In this document: positions 36,911 through 46,779 of the stretch, piece after piece | Layout: each line of letters starts with the position of its first letter | How positions within the stretch are numbered: position 1 is the first letter of the stretch | Origin: Verrucomicrobiales bacterium | GTDB taxonomy: Bacteria; Verrucomicrobiota; Verrucomicrobiia; Verrucomicrobiales; V1-33 | Assembly: GCA_031411295.1 (NCBI GenBank) | Contig: JANOAV010000083.1 | Span: 1 to 64,000 of the forward strand | Direction: 5' to 3' | DNA: 64,000 nucleotides | Notes under the pieces: model-generated | Database searches by the model: none | The model's input: only the letters and a program-made list of their open reading frames with translations | Told to the model about the DNA's origin: nothing | Program-made: the position numbers and the translations under genes

Positions 36911-37262
36911 TTAGTTAGGAATCACAAGCAACCAATGGTTATAACTCTCAGCCAGAATGCTGTAGATTGCTCTGGAGGACTCCACGATCTCTTGGTCCCG
37001 CTTGCTGGGGTCAGAACTTGTGGAACTGTTGCGCTTGCTATCATCGAAGATTTTAAGCATGGAGGAATGATCGTTGTGGGGGGGGGGGCGATCCTGCAAC
37101 CGTGCGATGATCACCTGAAGTCTGGCGGAGATTGCTTTGCCGATCTCAATTCCGTCTGGTAGTGCCTGCTATAAGGTTTCGCTGCCTGCGGCTGCACGCC
37201 AGTCGGCAAGGAGAGCGAGTAGCTCTGTCTCCGCTTATAAGGAGATCGCAAATTGGCCTTAG
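36911..37262 (-). pseudogene. decayed YciF/DUF892 ferritin-like gene
   Basis: Conceptual translation ICDLLI/AETELLALLADWRAAAGSETL*QAL...SMLKIFDDS...DPSKRDQEIVESS...AESY follows the DUF892 pattern. It has a frameshift near 37236 and an in-frame TAG at 37169-37171. Confidence 0.55.
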
Positions 37263-37315
37263 CAACGTGGGGAATTGGTGCTGTGCGTCATTATCTCATG
37301 GGTTGAAACTTATGA

Positions 37316-38254
37316 TCAGACGGTAGGTCCGCTCGCTTTGCAGTGATGGCGACCCGCGCATAGAGCACCGTGTGTGCCGCCATAAGCTGCGGCTACCGCT
37401 CCGAGCACAAAGGCTGCGAAATAGCAGAGGGAAAGCACCGCTAGCACATTAGCGGACTCTTCTGCCTTTGCTTTGGTCTTTTCCTCCAGCGCCTTCATGG
37501 CTGCCTCGGCGTCCGTCTTCACAGTTTGGTAGGAGACCATCCAGCCTTCCACCATCCGGGCGGCGTCTGGCTCGGTCATGCCTTGATTCTGCACAAGGAG
37601 AGCAATCACGGTCTTCTTGTTATTATCCAGGGCACTGTCCTCTCCGGTGAACAGTTTTGTGACCGCATAAGTCAGATCTCGTTTAGCGCGAATTCCATCC
37701 GCTACGGATCTGCCTGGGGGTGGCACACTCAGTCCTTCCTCCGTGTAACTACCGAACATTGTCTTGTTATTATCAGCTGTGTTCTTGGCTACTTCCGCTG
37801 CGCCATCTACGGCTGGTTTCACCGCCATGGATAAACCACCACCGACCATTTTGCCCAGTCCTCCTAGAGCCCAGCCTGCACTCGTGGTGAGCATAGCCAC
37901 TGCCACAACAGTCCCCACGCACCAAACCATGAAGCCATGCAATCGCCCGGCTCTTTCACCAGCATTTCTCAGGAAACGGCCTGCGATCCAACCTCCTGCC
38001 CACAAGGATAAAACGGCGGTGATACCCTGAACGACAGCCGCCCCAGTTCCGAAACTGGCGATGGCATGGTCATTCGTGGTCGGAGTGAACATCGCCAAGC
38101 CCAAGCCAGCGCCCAGCATCATCAAAACGATTTGGATGGCGAGGGTGGCGGTGGTTCCAGCCAGGATAGCGCGCCAGCTGATTTTAGACGCGCAGGGCGG
38201 GACTTGTTTGGTTGCGGTTCGAGAAATGGAAACGGGTATGGACGTGCTTTGCAT
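37316..38254 (-). CDS. conserved multi-TM hypothetical protein
   Basis: ISWRAILAG...LGAGLGL...GGWIAGR...LHGFMVW motif set, often seen beside stress genes. Confidence 0.82.
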   Translation of the reverse strand: MQSTSIPVSISRTATKQVPPCASKISWRAILAGTTATLAIQIVLMMLGAGLGLAMFTPTTNDHAIASFGTGAAVVQGITAVLSLWAGGWIAGRFLRNAGERAGRLHGFMVWCVGTVVAVAMLTTSAGWALGGLGKMVGGGLSMAVKPAVDGAAEVAKNTADNNKTMFGSYTEEGLSVPPPGRSVADGIRAKRDLTYAVTKLFTGEDSALDNNKKTVIALLVQNQGMTEPDAARMVEGWMVSYQTVKTDAEAAMKALEEKTKAKAEESANVLAVLSLCYFAAFVLGAVAAAYGGTHGALCAGRHHCKASGPTV

Positions 38255-38299
38255 GGTAAGTAAATGTTAAGATTTGCTTTAGGACCGGGTTGTTAGTGA

Positions 38300-38824
38300 C
38301 TATTCGTCATCGGTATCGCTCCCGACTCCAGTGGCATACAGTTCGCCCATGGCTTCTTGATTTTTCTCGAGCGCCAAATCGGTCAAAATGTCGTTGGTGG
38401 CTTTTTCTTCCTCAAGGATTTCGCTGATCAGTTCAGCGGCACTTTCGTTTTCCAACAGCAAGGCCCAGGCGTGCAGGGTGCCGTAGGAGGCGATCTCATA
38501 GTGCTCAACCTTTTGGGCGGCTGAGATCAGGGCGGCATTCAGGGCAATGCTTCCATCAAAGTCCGAAATCAAGGTCTCCGCCTCCTCCAAGAGTCCGACG
38601 GTGGCTTTGCAAGTAACTGCTTTTGGAGACCATCCGAAACACTCGAACACTCCCTCAAGATTCTCAATGTGCCCTTCTGTTTCGAGGAGATGATTTTCAA
38701 ATGCTGCCTGTAATTTCTTGCAGGTGGCGGCTTTAGTCATTTTTGGTAGAGCCTTGGCGATGCGTTTTTCAGCATCATACATGTCTTTAAGTTGGGATTG
38801 AAAAAGTTCGATTAATGTTTTCAT
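38300..38824 (-). CDS. yciF: YciE/YciF (DUF892) ferritin-like stress protein
   Basis: QLKDMYDAEKRIAKALPKM, HLLETEGH and AAQKVEHYEIASYGTL. Confidence 0.93.
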   Translation of the reverse strand: MKTLIELFQSQLKDMYDAEKRIAKALPKMTKAATCKKLQAAFENHLLETEGHIENLEGVFECFGWSPKAVTCKATVGLLEEAETLISDFDGSIALNAALISAAQKVEHYEIASYGTLHAWALLLENESAAELISEILEEEKATNDILTDLALEKNQEAMGELYATGVGSDTDDE

Positions 38825-38907
38825 TTCAGATTGTATTTTGGTTATGTTGAGTCCTGGACCTGATGGCTTTTGGATTTTCCAGCATACAGCGTGAGCCCGC
38901 TTTGTTT

Positions 38908-38924
38908 ATGGGGTCTATCCCCAC
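38908..38924 (-). promoter_or_regulatory. 17-bp regulon box 10
   Basis: GTGGGGATAGACCCCAT, N21, TATGCT (38881-38886). Confidence 0.82.
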
Positions 38925-39008
38925 TGCGAGCGAGATTCCACTCAAACGGTAGCGGCACGGCCCACTTCAAATGCGGATTCCTGACGTGGCTGACCGTCTG
39001 CTGCTCCA

Positions 39009-39230
39009 CAGCCGGGTTTCACCCCATTGAGAAGTGAAGCTTTTGTGTGTAGTGTGCGCTCGCTGGTTGCAAAAGAAAATCAGCATAAAAACAAACTACC
39101 CACCCACATGACAACACTCGAAATCAAAGGCGACTGGAACATTATCAAAGGCACGCTCAAACAGAAGTGGGCTCAACTGACGGAAGATGATCTCCAATAC
39201 ACGGAAGGCAAGGCGGAGGAAATGATCGGC
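39009..39230 (+). repeat. 222-bp duplicated promoter plus 5' csbD, copy B (intact donor)
   Basis: Matches 31318-31539. Confidence 0.92.
39011..39027 (+). promoter_or_regulatory. 17-bp regulon box 11
   Basis: GCCGGGTTTCACCCCAT, N22, TAGTGT (39050-39055). Confidence 0.85.
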
Positions 39231-39311
39231 CGAATCCAAAAGCGAACTGGGGAGACCCGTGAAGCGGTGGAAGCAGCCCTCAAGGGATCCGGCAAGGATT
39301 GCAACTGCTAA
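39108..39311 (+). CDS. csbD: CsbD-family general stress protein
   Basis: MTTLEIKGDWNIIKGTLKQKWAQLTEDDL...GRIQKRTGETREAVE. Confidence 0.93.
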   Translation: MTTLEIKGDWNIIKGTLKQKWAQLTEDDLQYTEGKAEEMIGRIQKRTGETREAVEAALKGSGKDCNC

Positions 39312-39460
39312 GCACGCGTGGCTCGGGAATCGCCATCGGGCGATTTCCGGGGTTACGTTTTCCAAGAAGGCGACGCTTGTCTCAAGGCACTAGGGCAGGG
39401 AACGGCCCGATTACTTGGGGTTCTGCAACTACCTCCTTTGAAGTCCATTTTGACTTTCCC

Positions 39461-39646
39461 ATGAAAAAGAAAACCATACCATCACCCAAGAAACCGCTCA
39501 CGCCAGCCAAGCAGAAGATTGCGCAGGTGATGCATGAGTTCAAAGAAGGAGAACTTCACTCCGGCAAGACCGACAAAGTGGTCACGAACCCAAAACAAGC
39601 GATCGCCATTGCGCTTAGTGAGGCTGAACAGCTCATGCAGTCTTGA
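39461..39646 (+). CDS. DUF6496-family small protein
   Basis: KIAQVMHEFKEGELHSGK...VTNPKQAIAIALSEA. Confidence 0.87.
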   Translation: MKKKTIPSPKKPLTPAKQKIAQVMHEFKEGELHSGKTDKVVTNPKQAIAIALSEAEQLMQS

Positions 39647-39714
39647 GTGTCACTGCGCAGGCTCGATACCGGCGCAATCCCCGATATCCGCCCAACTGAG
39701 GAACCAATTTCGAC

Positions 39715-40344
39715 ATGTTGCCTGAGAATAAAAAATCCACCGTCCACGGATCTGGAGAGGCGACTGCCTGCCAGATGCCCAGCGCCGATAGCGCGCAGGT
39801 GAGCGAGAATATCAGCGCTGTGCACGAGTTTTATGCGCGCGAAGAACTCAAACGCAGCGCCTCACAGCGACATGCTGAGAACATCGGTAGCTTCGTAGGG
39901 CGGCCTGCGTTTCTGGTCGTTATCCTGCTGTTCGTGGTCCTATGGATCGGTATCAACTTGGCTCTGCACCGCTGGGGTCGGCCCATGTTCGACGAACCGC
40001 CTTTTGTTGGGCTGCACGGCATCTTGGAGCTGGCTGCGCTGCTGACCACGGTCGTGGTATTGATCAAACAATATCGAATCTCCAAACTCAGTGAACAACG
40101 CGATCATCTGGATTTGAAGGTGACGCTGTTGATCGAACAAAAGACTGCCAAGCTGATTGACCTGATGGAGGAGTTGCGGCGTGACCTGCCCAACGTGAAA
40201 AAAAGACTCGACTCAGGTGCTGCCGTTCTGCAACAGGCGATGAGCCCCGAACGCGTGCTGGCGGCCTTGGACGAAGAAGTCATCGCTCCCGACGGTTCGA
40301 TCTCGGCTTCAACGGCTGCTGCACCTGCTTTGGAGGTGCGTTAG
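39715..40344 (+). CDS. DUF1003 membrane protein
   Basis: FVGRP...WIGIN...FDEPPF...LIKQ...LDLKVTLLIEQK. Confidence 0.85.
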   Translation: MLPENKKSTVHGSGEATACQMPSADSAQVSENISAVHEFYAREELKRSASQRHAENIGSFVGRPAFLVVILLFVVLWIGINLALHRWGRPMFDEPPFVGLHGILELAALLTTVVVLIKQYRISKLSEQRDHLDLKVTLLIEQKTAKLIDLMEELRRDLPNVKKRLDSGAAVLQQAMSPERVLAALDEEVIAPDGSISASTAAAPALEVR

Positions 40345-40359
40345 GTTCGGCGCGCTTGG

Positions 40360-43300
40360 TCATGGCCGCTTTTCGCGTGACGACGCACTTAACCTTCCGA
40401 TAGCGGTTAGAAGCTGAGGGATTTTGATGGGCTTCACGAGGTGCTCGGAGAATCCTGCGGCCAGGCTTTGGCGCACGTCTTCTTCCATGCCGAAGCCGCT
40501 CATCGCGATGCCGCTCAGCGGCTGAATGTCTTGCATTTGGGCCATCAATTCGTAGCCGTTGGCGTCGGGCAGGCCGAGGTCGCTGATGAGGAGATCGAAG
40601 GTCTCGCTCCCCGCCAAAACGAGGGCACTGGCGACATCACCAGCGGTGGTAACGATGAAGCCTTCCAGCGTGAGGAGTGTCTTCAACGCACGAGCAGTGT
40701 CCGCGTGGTCCTCGACGACGAGGAGGCGCAGTGAAGGCGTATCGCGAGGTGGGGAAGATGTGGGCTTCTCGGTGGCAGGGATTTCCATCAGGATGCCCGG
40801 CACTTCGATAATAAATGTCGCCCCGTGCCCGGTGCCTTGGCTCTCGGCGCAGATGCTGCCGCCGTGGAGTTCGATGAGTGCCTTGGAGATGGCGAGCCCG
40901 AGGCCGAGGCCGCCGAATTGCTTGGTGACGCGCGGGTCGCCTTGCTCAAAGGCATCGAAGATGCGCGGCAGGACCTCCGGCGGGATGCCCGGTCCGTTGT
41001 CGGTGATGCGGACTTCGACGCGGGTCGGCGACAGGCGCTGGCTGGTGATGTGGATGGCGCCCTTTCGCGGTGTGAATTTCACGGCGTTCTTGAGCACGTT
41101 CCACAGGACTTGTTCAAAGCGGGCCGGGTCCGCGTGGATGAATCCCGCGTCGTTGCAGAGGTCCAGCGTGAGCTGCACTTCCTGGCCGAGCACTTGCGGG
41201 CGGCAGATGGAGCACACATGTTGCACTGCGCCATTGAGGTCGAGCGGCTCGATGCGCAGTTCCAGCTTCCCGCTGGCGATGCGGCTGACGTCGAGCAGGT
41301 CGTCGATGAGCTTGGTCTCGATCTCGATGCTGCGGCGGATCATCGTCATGTCGTCACGCACATCGGTGCGTAAAGACGGGTCGTGTTCGAGGGCTGCGAC
41401 CGTCATCAGCACCGGCGTGAGCGGGGTGCGCAGCTCGTGGCTGAGGATGGCGAGGAAGCGGTCTTTGCTGCGGTTGGCGGACTCGGCGGCTTCTTTGGCT
41501 TCGCTCAATCTCTGCGCGGCCTGTCTGCGCTCGGTCACGTCGAGATTGCTGCCGACGACCCATTCCGTTTTGCCTTCGAGATTGGCTCGCACGGTTTCGA
41601 TAGCTTTGATGATGCGGACTTGGCCGTCGTTGGCACGGGTGATGCGGAATTCACGAGTGCTTTGTCCCTGCCGCCGCAGTGTGTCTTGCAGCACCCGCTC
41701 TTGTTCGGGGAGGTCCTCGGGCAGCACGGCGTTGCTCCACGTTTCGTAGGGGACGATGCCGCCTTCTGTCGGCGGCACGTCATACACGCGGAACATTTGT
41801 GTATCCCACCGGATCAAGTTGCTGATGACGTTCCATTCCCAGATGCCGACGCCGGTGGCCTCGGCAGCGAGGCGCATGCGCTCTTGGCTGGCCCGCAGCG
41901 CCTCGATGGAGCGCTGGCGTTCGGTCACTTCATGGAAATAGCAGACCACGCCGTGCTGGCCATCCGGCAAGGTCACGCGCTGGGTTTCCCACTCGTAGGT
42001 TTCTTTGATGCCGAGATCGTGGCGCAGCTCGGTGAAGGGCGGTGAAATGTAGCGTTCCCCGGTCTCGAGCGTGTGCCGGAAGACGTCTGCGACCTGGCCG
42101 CCTAACTCCGGTCCCCACAAGATCTTCACCACTTCGTCGAAATCGCGACCAATGAGCGGCTGCACGGAGCCGAAGGCCGGCATCGCTTGGGCATTCACCT
42201 GCGTGAGGCGCAACTGCGCATCCACAACATACGTGCCGATGGGGGCCTGCGCGATGAGGGTCAAAAATAGCGCCGCGTTCTGCCACAGCGACTCCTCGAC
42301 CCGCTTCCGTTCGGTGATGTCGCGCGCCACTTTCGAGATGCCGACGATCGTTCCCGCAGCGTCCTTGATGGGCGACACCGTGATGGATACTTCCACCAGG
42401 CTGCCGTCCTTGCGCCGCCGCACGGTCTCCGAATGGCGCAGACCTTCCCCCCGCGCCACACGCGCCAGGATGTCGGCCTCCTCGTCGCGTCGCTCCGGCG
42501 GGATCACGCGCAGAATGGACTGCCCCACGATCTCCTCCGCGGAATACCCGAAGAGCGTTGCCGCGCCCTGATTCCAACTCGTGATCGTCCCGCACAGATC
42601 CTTGCCGACAATCGCATCCTGCGAGGACTCGACGATGGCCGCCAGCCGCGCCATGGCTTCCTCCGCCCGCTTGCGCTCGGTAATGTCGGAGGAGGTGCCG
42701 ATGATTTCACGCACGTTGCCTTTCGCATCGCGAGAGAACGGAGTCTTGCGGCCACCGAACCAGCGCCAGGTGCCATCGGGGTGGCGCAGCCGGTATTCGA
42801 TTTCCACCAACTCGCCATCGCGCGAACGGGCGAGCTGCTCGAAGTGCGCAGGCATCCGCAAAAGGTCATCCGGGTGCATGGCACGCGGCATGAAGGCGGG
42901 CCCCAGCTCAAGCACCTCCGCCACTGAATACCCCATGACGGTGGCGACCTGTGCATTAACCCAAGTGATGCGAAGGTCCGCGAGGTCCATAATGTAAACG
43001 ACGCTCGGCGAGATGGTGATGACGCGCTGGAGGAAATGCTCCTTTTCGCGCAGCGCCTCCTCCGCCCGCTTCCGCTCGGCGATTTCCGCACTGAGCTGCT
43101 GGTTGATTTTCGCAATGCCCGGCAGCGCGAGCGCGCTGGGGAGGACCTTGAGCAGGGCGAAAACCGTCATCCACGAAACGACCGCCGTGACCAGCTTCAC
43201 CAAGCCCGAGAGGCGATACCACGGATGCCAGAAAATCGTCGCCTCAATGAGATGGCTGAGCCCGCACGCGACGATGAAGACCGCGAAGAGCCAGAAGATC

Positions 43301-43488
43301 GGCAGGAAAGGCAGATCCTTCCGCCGCCGGATGAAATAAGCGAGGGTCAGCGGAATGGCCGCATACGCCCCGAAGATGGCGATGTCCGAAAGGATGTGCA
43401 GCCAGCCGTGCCCGTCAGACCATTGCCCGCAATGCCAGCGCGGTGGAAAGCCGCTCGTATCGAAGAGGTGCTGAAGGAAAGAGATCAT
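40360..43488 (-). CDS. hybrid histidine kinase: ethylene-receptor-like TM domain, four PAS domains, HisKA, HATPase, REC
   Basis: N-terminus SDIAIFGAYAAIP...FIVACGLSH...VKLVTAVVS, PAS/PAC repeats ending in DITERK, LSHELRTPL, GGLGLGL, and a receiver (VEDH, SDLGLPD, KP). Confidence 0.93.
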   Translation of the reverse strand: MISFLQHLFDTSGFPPRWHCGQWSDGHGWLHILSDIAIFGAYAAIPLTLAYFIRRRKDLPFLPIFWLFAVFIVACGLSHLIEATIFWHPWYRLSGLVKLVTAVVSWMTVFALLKVLPSALALPGIAKINQQLSAEIAERKRAEEALREKEHFLQRVITISPSVVYIMDLADLRITWVNAQVATVMGYSVAEVLELGPAFMPRAMHPDDLLRMPAHFEQLARSRDGELVEIEYRLRHPDGTWRWFGGRKTPFSRDAKGNVREIIGTSSDITERKRAEEAMARLAAIVESSQDAIVGKDLCGTITSWNQGAATLFGYSAEEIVGQSILRVIPPERRDEEADILARVARGEGLRHSETVRRRKDGSLVEVSITVSPIKDAAGTIVGISKVARDITERKRVEESLWQNAALFLTLIAQAPIGTYVVDAQLRLTQVNAQAMPAFGSVQPLIGRDFDEVVKILWGPELGGQVADVFRHTLETGERYISPPFTELRHDLGIKETYEWETQRVTLPDGQHGVVCYFHEVTERQRSIEALRASQERMRLAAEATGVGIWEWNVISNLIRWDTQMFRVYDVPPTEGGIVPYETWSNAVLPEDLPEQERVLQDTLRRQGQSTREFRITRANDGQVRIIKAIETVRANLEGKTEWVVGSNLDVTERRQAAQRLSEAKEAAESANRSKDRFLAILSHELRTPLTPVLMTVAALEHDPSLRTDVRDDMTMIRRSIEIETKLIDDLLDVSRIASGKLELRIEPLDLNGAVQHVCSICRPQVLGQEVQLTLDLCNDAGFIHADPARFEQVLWNVLKNAVKFTPRKGAIHITSQRLSPTRVEVRITDNGPGIPPEVLPRIFDAFEQGDPRVTKQFGGLGLGLAISKALIELHGGSICAESQGTGHGATFIIEVPGILMEIPATEKPTSSPPRDTPSLRLLVVEDHADTARALKTLLTLEGFIVTTAGDVASALVLAGSETFDLLISDLGLPDANGYELMAQMQDIQPLSGIAMSGFGMEEDVRQSLAAGFSEHLVKPIKIPQLLTAIGRLSASSREKRP

Positions 43489-44074
43489 GGTGACGAGGGT
43501 GGGCTGGGGTATCTCGGGAAAAGGCAATAGTCCGCCTGAGAAAAGAAGCCGGCTGTGGTTGCAGGGGCTGTTTTATGTTCAACGATGGGGAAAGTTACTT
43601 CGAGTTCAGGCCCTCGTCCTCCGCCAATGAGAGTGCCGCCATAGCGAGTTAGCAGTGAAGTTAGTTCGTCCCCGACCTCAGCAGCCATGCCGGGCAGGCC
43701 GTCCTTCCAATCTTCATTGGGCGCATGTTGCATTTTGAAGCGGTTGTGCGCTAAAGCTTCAGAGTCTGTTAGCAATTTGGAGCAATGAATTTCTGGAGGA
43801 GTTGCCATGGGCGGGCTTGGAATGAGAGCTTAGGCCCCCCGCAGAGCGATGCGCGAAGCGTGATGAGTCAGGGTGCAGAGACAAATCCATACCGATACTA
43901 TCATCGCCACGCAAGACTGCGACGAGAAAATGTCTGTTTTTTGGAGGGCGGTTCGAGGTCGCTCGTCATTTCTAAACTCCGCTAGGAGGGTTGATGGATA
44001 ATTAATTTCTCCAGCCGCTTCCATGCGACCGCGATTTTTATAGTCGGCCCGGACTCCATCGTCGAGCCCTCGCA

Positions 44075-44091
44075 GTAGGGTTTCACTCCAT
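44075..44091 (+). promoter_or_regulatory. 17-bp regulon box 12
   Basis: GTAGGGTTTCACTCCAT, N22, AAAAAT (44114-44119) preceded by TGn (extended -10). Confidence 0.75.
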
Positions 44092-44223
44092 GTCCCTTGC
44101 CAGCTTCTTGTGCAAAAATCACCCGTTGGCTGCGACTCTCGCCGTTCCGGATCTGTGTTGCGGTGGCACCGGCTTTGACCGCGCCGAAAAAACCAAAAAC
44201 CGAAATCCAAATCAACTAAACAT

Positions 44224-44832
44224 ATGAAATTAAAAACCAGTGCATTCACCCTTCTCGCCGCCGCAGCGCTTGGCACCACCTTCCTGCTGGCTGAAGATAA
44301 ACCTGATTCCAAAGCCGCCGGCCCCAAAGCGGAGGAGATGAAGCAGAAAATGGAAGTCGCTGGCAAGCCCGGAGCGGCCCATAAAGCGCTGGAACCACTC
44401 GTCGGAGAATGGACTGCCGAGGTGCACTGTTGGTCGGCTCCCGGTGGGTCACGGATGGTGACCACAGGAACCGCTACAACGAAATGGGTCTTGGATGGGC
44501 GCTTCCTTCATGAAGATTTTACTGCCGAGTTCTTTGGCAAGCCATTGCATGGGATGAGCCTGATGGGTTACGACAATACCAAGAAGATGTTTACCAGCGT
44601 ATGGGTGGATGACATGTCCACGGCTATAATCACCAGCGAAGGCCAGGCCGCTGAAGACTCCAAAATCATTACCCTTGAAGGCAAGTTCCATTGCCCGGAA
44701 ACGGGGCGCAAAGACACGCCGATGAAGCAGGTCTTCCGCATCATCAGCAATGACAAGCACATCTTCGAAATGCACGACATGAGCAAAGGTGAGAACTCCA
44801 AGACCATGGAGCTCACCTACACGCGCAAGTAA
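44224..44832 (+). CDS. DUF1579 secreted protein
   Basis: Signal peptide, PGAAHKAL-LVGEW, LDGRFL, GYDN-KK-FTSVWVDDMST and MELTYTR. Confidence 0.9.
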   Translation: MKLKTSAFTLLAAAALGTTFLLAEDKPDSKAAGPKAEEMKQKMEVAGKPGAAHKALEPLVGEWTAEVHCWSAPGGSRMVTTGTATTKWVLDGRFLHEDFTAEFFGKPLHGMSLMGYDNTKKMFTSVWVDDMSTAIITSEGQAAEDSKIITLEGKFHCPETGRKDTPMKQVFRIISNDKHIFEMHDMSKGENSKTMELTYTRK

Positions 44833-44852
44833 CCACCGGGGGATGCCAAAGC

Positions 44853-44882
44853 GGAACACAGCCGGGGCGGCTGTGTTCCTTT
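44853..44882 (+). terminator. hairpin followed by a short T tract
   Basis: GGAACACAGCCG-GGG-CGGCTGTGTTCC-TTT, a perfect 12-bp stem. Confidence 0.6.
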
Positions 44883-44933
44883 ACATGAAGCCCCAGTCCC
44901 ACCCTATCAAATCCTGAACCTTAAAGTAACTCA

Positions 44934-45392
44934 ATGAACGCATCCCCGAATACCACTCTGCAACTCACCCGCGTGATCAACGCACCGCACGGCCGCGTTT
45001 ATGCCGTTTGGACCGATGCCGCGCTGGCTAAACAATGGTGGGGGCCGGAAGGCACCACCACTCACGAACTCATCACCGACGCCCAAGTCGGCGGGACATT
45101 CCATTGGGTGTTCAGCACGACTGATGAGGACGAGGAAACCACCACCGAGGGCGTTTATCGCGAAGTGCAGCCGGGCGAAAAACTAGTTCTTACTTGGGTC
45201 GGAACTCAGGACATCTCACCAGACGCCCCTGAGAGTTTGGTGACTGTCAAATTCCACGAGAAAGACGACGCCACCACGGAACTTCGACTGACCCACGAAA
45301 ACCTTCCCAGCGAGCAGTCGCGCGATAATCACGCGGAAGGCTGGAACAGCAACTTGGACAAACTGGAACAACTTTTCCCAAAGACCAAATAG
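44934..45392 (+). CDS. SRPBCC/AHSA1 domain protein
   Basis: LTRVINAP-RVYAVWTD...QWWGP, G-YREV-PGEKLVLTW and HAEGW. Confidence 0.9.
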   Translation: MNASPNTTLQLTRVINAPHGRVYAVWTDAALAKQWWGPEGTTTHELITDAQVGGTFHWVFSTTDEDEETTTEGVYREVQPGEKLVLTWVGTQDISPDAPESLVTVKFHEKDDATTELRLTHENLPSEQSRDNHAEGWNSNLDKLEQLFPKTK

Positions 45393-45394
45393 CC

Positions 45395-45655
45395 ATGAAC
45401 ACATGCGAAACCTGCGGGAACAATTACGACAAGGCGATGCAAATCACCATCGACGGCCAGTCGCACTGGTTCGACAGCTTTGAATGCGCCATCCACGCGC
45501 TGGCACCGACGTGTGCGCATTGCGGCTGCAAGGTGATCGGCCACGGCGCGGAGGCGAATGGAAAATTTTTCTGCTGTGCGCACTGTGCGAAGCAGTCCGG
45601 CGTGCGCGGTGTGGATGATCGCGTGTGTGGCAGCTTCACAGCGTTAAGCCGTTGA
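45395..45655 (+). CDS. Cys-rich metallothionein-like small protein
   Basis: CETCGNNYDK...FDSFECAIH-LAPTCAHCGC-VIGHG...FCCAHCA. Confidence 0.87.
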   Translation: MNTCETCGNNYDKAMQITIDGQSHWFDSFECAIHALAPTCAHCGCKVIGHGAEANGKFFCCAHCAKQSGVRGVDDRVCGSFTALSR

Positions 45656-45740
45656 GCGCACATTTTTCAATCGAACATTTTCATCCGTCATGGAGACGGA
45701 TGGGAACCCGCCAACCGCAAACCAAAGAAACCTACAAAAC

Positions 45741-46238
45741 ATGAAATCACTCATCGCAACTCTGTCTCTATTCACCGTGGCACTGACACTGTCGCTGCAA
45801 GCCGCCCCGAAGGACGAAAAAAGCCTGTATGAACGACTCGGCGGCGTCTTCGCCATCTCCGCAGTCGTTGACCGTTTTAGCGACGCGTTGGTGCAGAACC
45901 CGATCGTGGGAAAAACTTCGCAAAACCCAGCCCTCCGGGAATGGCACACGAAGAGCCTGGAAAGATTGCCCGGCCTCAAATTCATGCGGACCCTTTGGGT
46001 ATGCGAGGTTACGGGCGGGCCGTTCAAATTCTCCCCAACCAAGCCGGGTAAAACTCATTTGGGGCTGGAGGAGGCGCATCGTGACCTCAAAATCTCGTCA
46101 GAAGAATTCGACGAGGTAGCAGCCGAGCTGGGCCGCAGTCTTGGCTTCGCCAAAGTTCCTGCGGCTGAGAAAGGAGAAGTCCTCGCGGCCTTCGCAGCGC
46201 ATAAAGACGAAGTAATAGCCGGACACAAAACGAAGTGA
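45741..46238 (+). CDS. group 1 truncated hemoglobin with signal peptide
   Basis: MKSLIATLSLFTVALTLSLQA signal, then SLYERLGG, VTGGP, and AHRDL (proximal His). Confidence 0.88.
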   Translation: MKSLIATLSLFTVALTLSLQAAPKDEKSLYERLGGVFAISAVVDRFSDALVQNPIVGKTSQNPALREWHTKSLERLPGLKFMRTLWVCEVTGGPFKFSPTKPGKTHLGLEEAHRDLKISSEEFDEVAAELGRSLGFAKVPAAEKGEVLAAFAAHKDEVIAGHKTK

Positions 46239-46278
46239 GCCGCCAACGCATCTGAAATCAATGGACCTACCAACATCC

Positions 46279-46707
46279 ATGAAAACCACACTCGTCCAAC
46301 CCTACCTGGCCTTCCGTGGCCACTGCCAAGAAGCGCTCGAATTCTACCGCACTGTGCTCGGCGCAGAGATCGAGATGATGATGTTCTACAAAGACAGCCC
46401 CGAGCCGATGCCACCCGGCAAGCTCCCGCCGGGCTTTGAAGAGAAAGTCATGCACGCCAGCTTCCGCATCGGTGGCTCGACTGTCATGGCGGCCGACGAA
46501 TGCGAGGAAGATGCGGGCTTCGGCGGCTTCTCCCTCATGCTCGCCCCGCCAACGGAAGCCGAGGCCGACCTCGCCTTCACCGCACTCGCTGACGGCGGCC
46601 AAGTGAAGATGCCCATGGCAAAGACATTTTGGTCGCCGCGCTTCGGCATGGTCACCGACCGTTTCGGCCTCCGCTGGATGATCGGAGTCACGGCATGCAA
46701 AGAGTAA
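46279..46707 (+). CDS. VOC/PhnB-family protein
   Basis: QPYL-F-G-CQEALEFY, KVMHA and TFWSPRFGMVTDRFG-RWMI. Confidence 0.92.
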   Translation: MKTTLVQPYLAFRGHCQEALEFYRTVLGAEIEMMMFYKDSPEPMPPGKLPPGFEEKVMHASFRIGGSTVMAADECEEDAGFGGFSLMLAPPTEAEADLAFTALADGGQVKMPMAKTFWSPRFGMVTDRFGLRWMIGVTACKE

Positions 46708-46779
46708 CGGTATTCATTCCCATCACAGACGGCCTCAATCTCACCTCTGAACATTCAAACCAAAAGCCACAAATAATAC

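Noticed and set aside
37078..37088. G11 tract as a phase-variation switch
   Set aside because: It lies in a gene already broken by a separate stop and frameshift.
39395..39411. Degenerate box GCAGGGAACGGCCCGAT before the DUF6496 gene
   Set aside because: It has several mismatches in the conserved half and no -10 at N21-22.
43485..43985. 107-aa and 66-aa ORFs upstream of the ethylene-receptor-like kinase
   Set aside because: No recognisable family. Possibly a decayed HATPase fragment, but I cannot support that.
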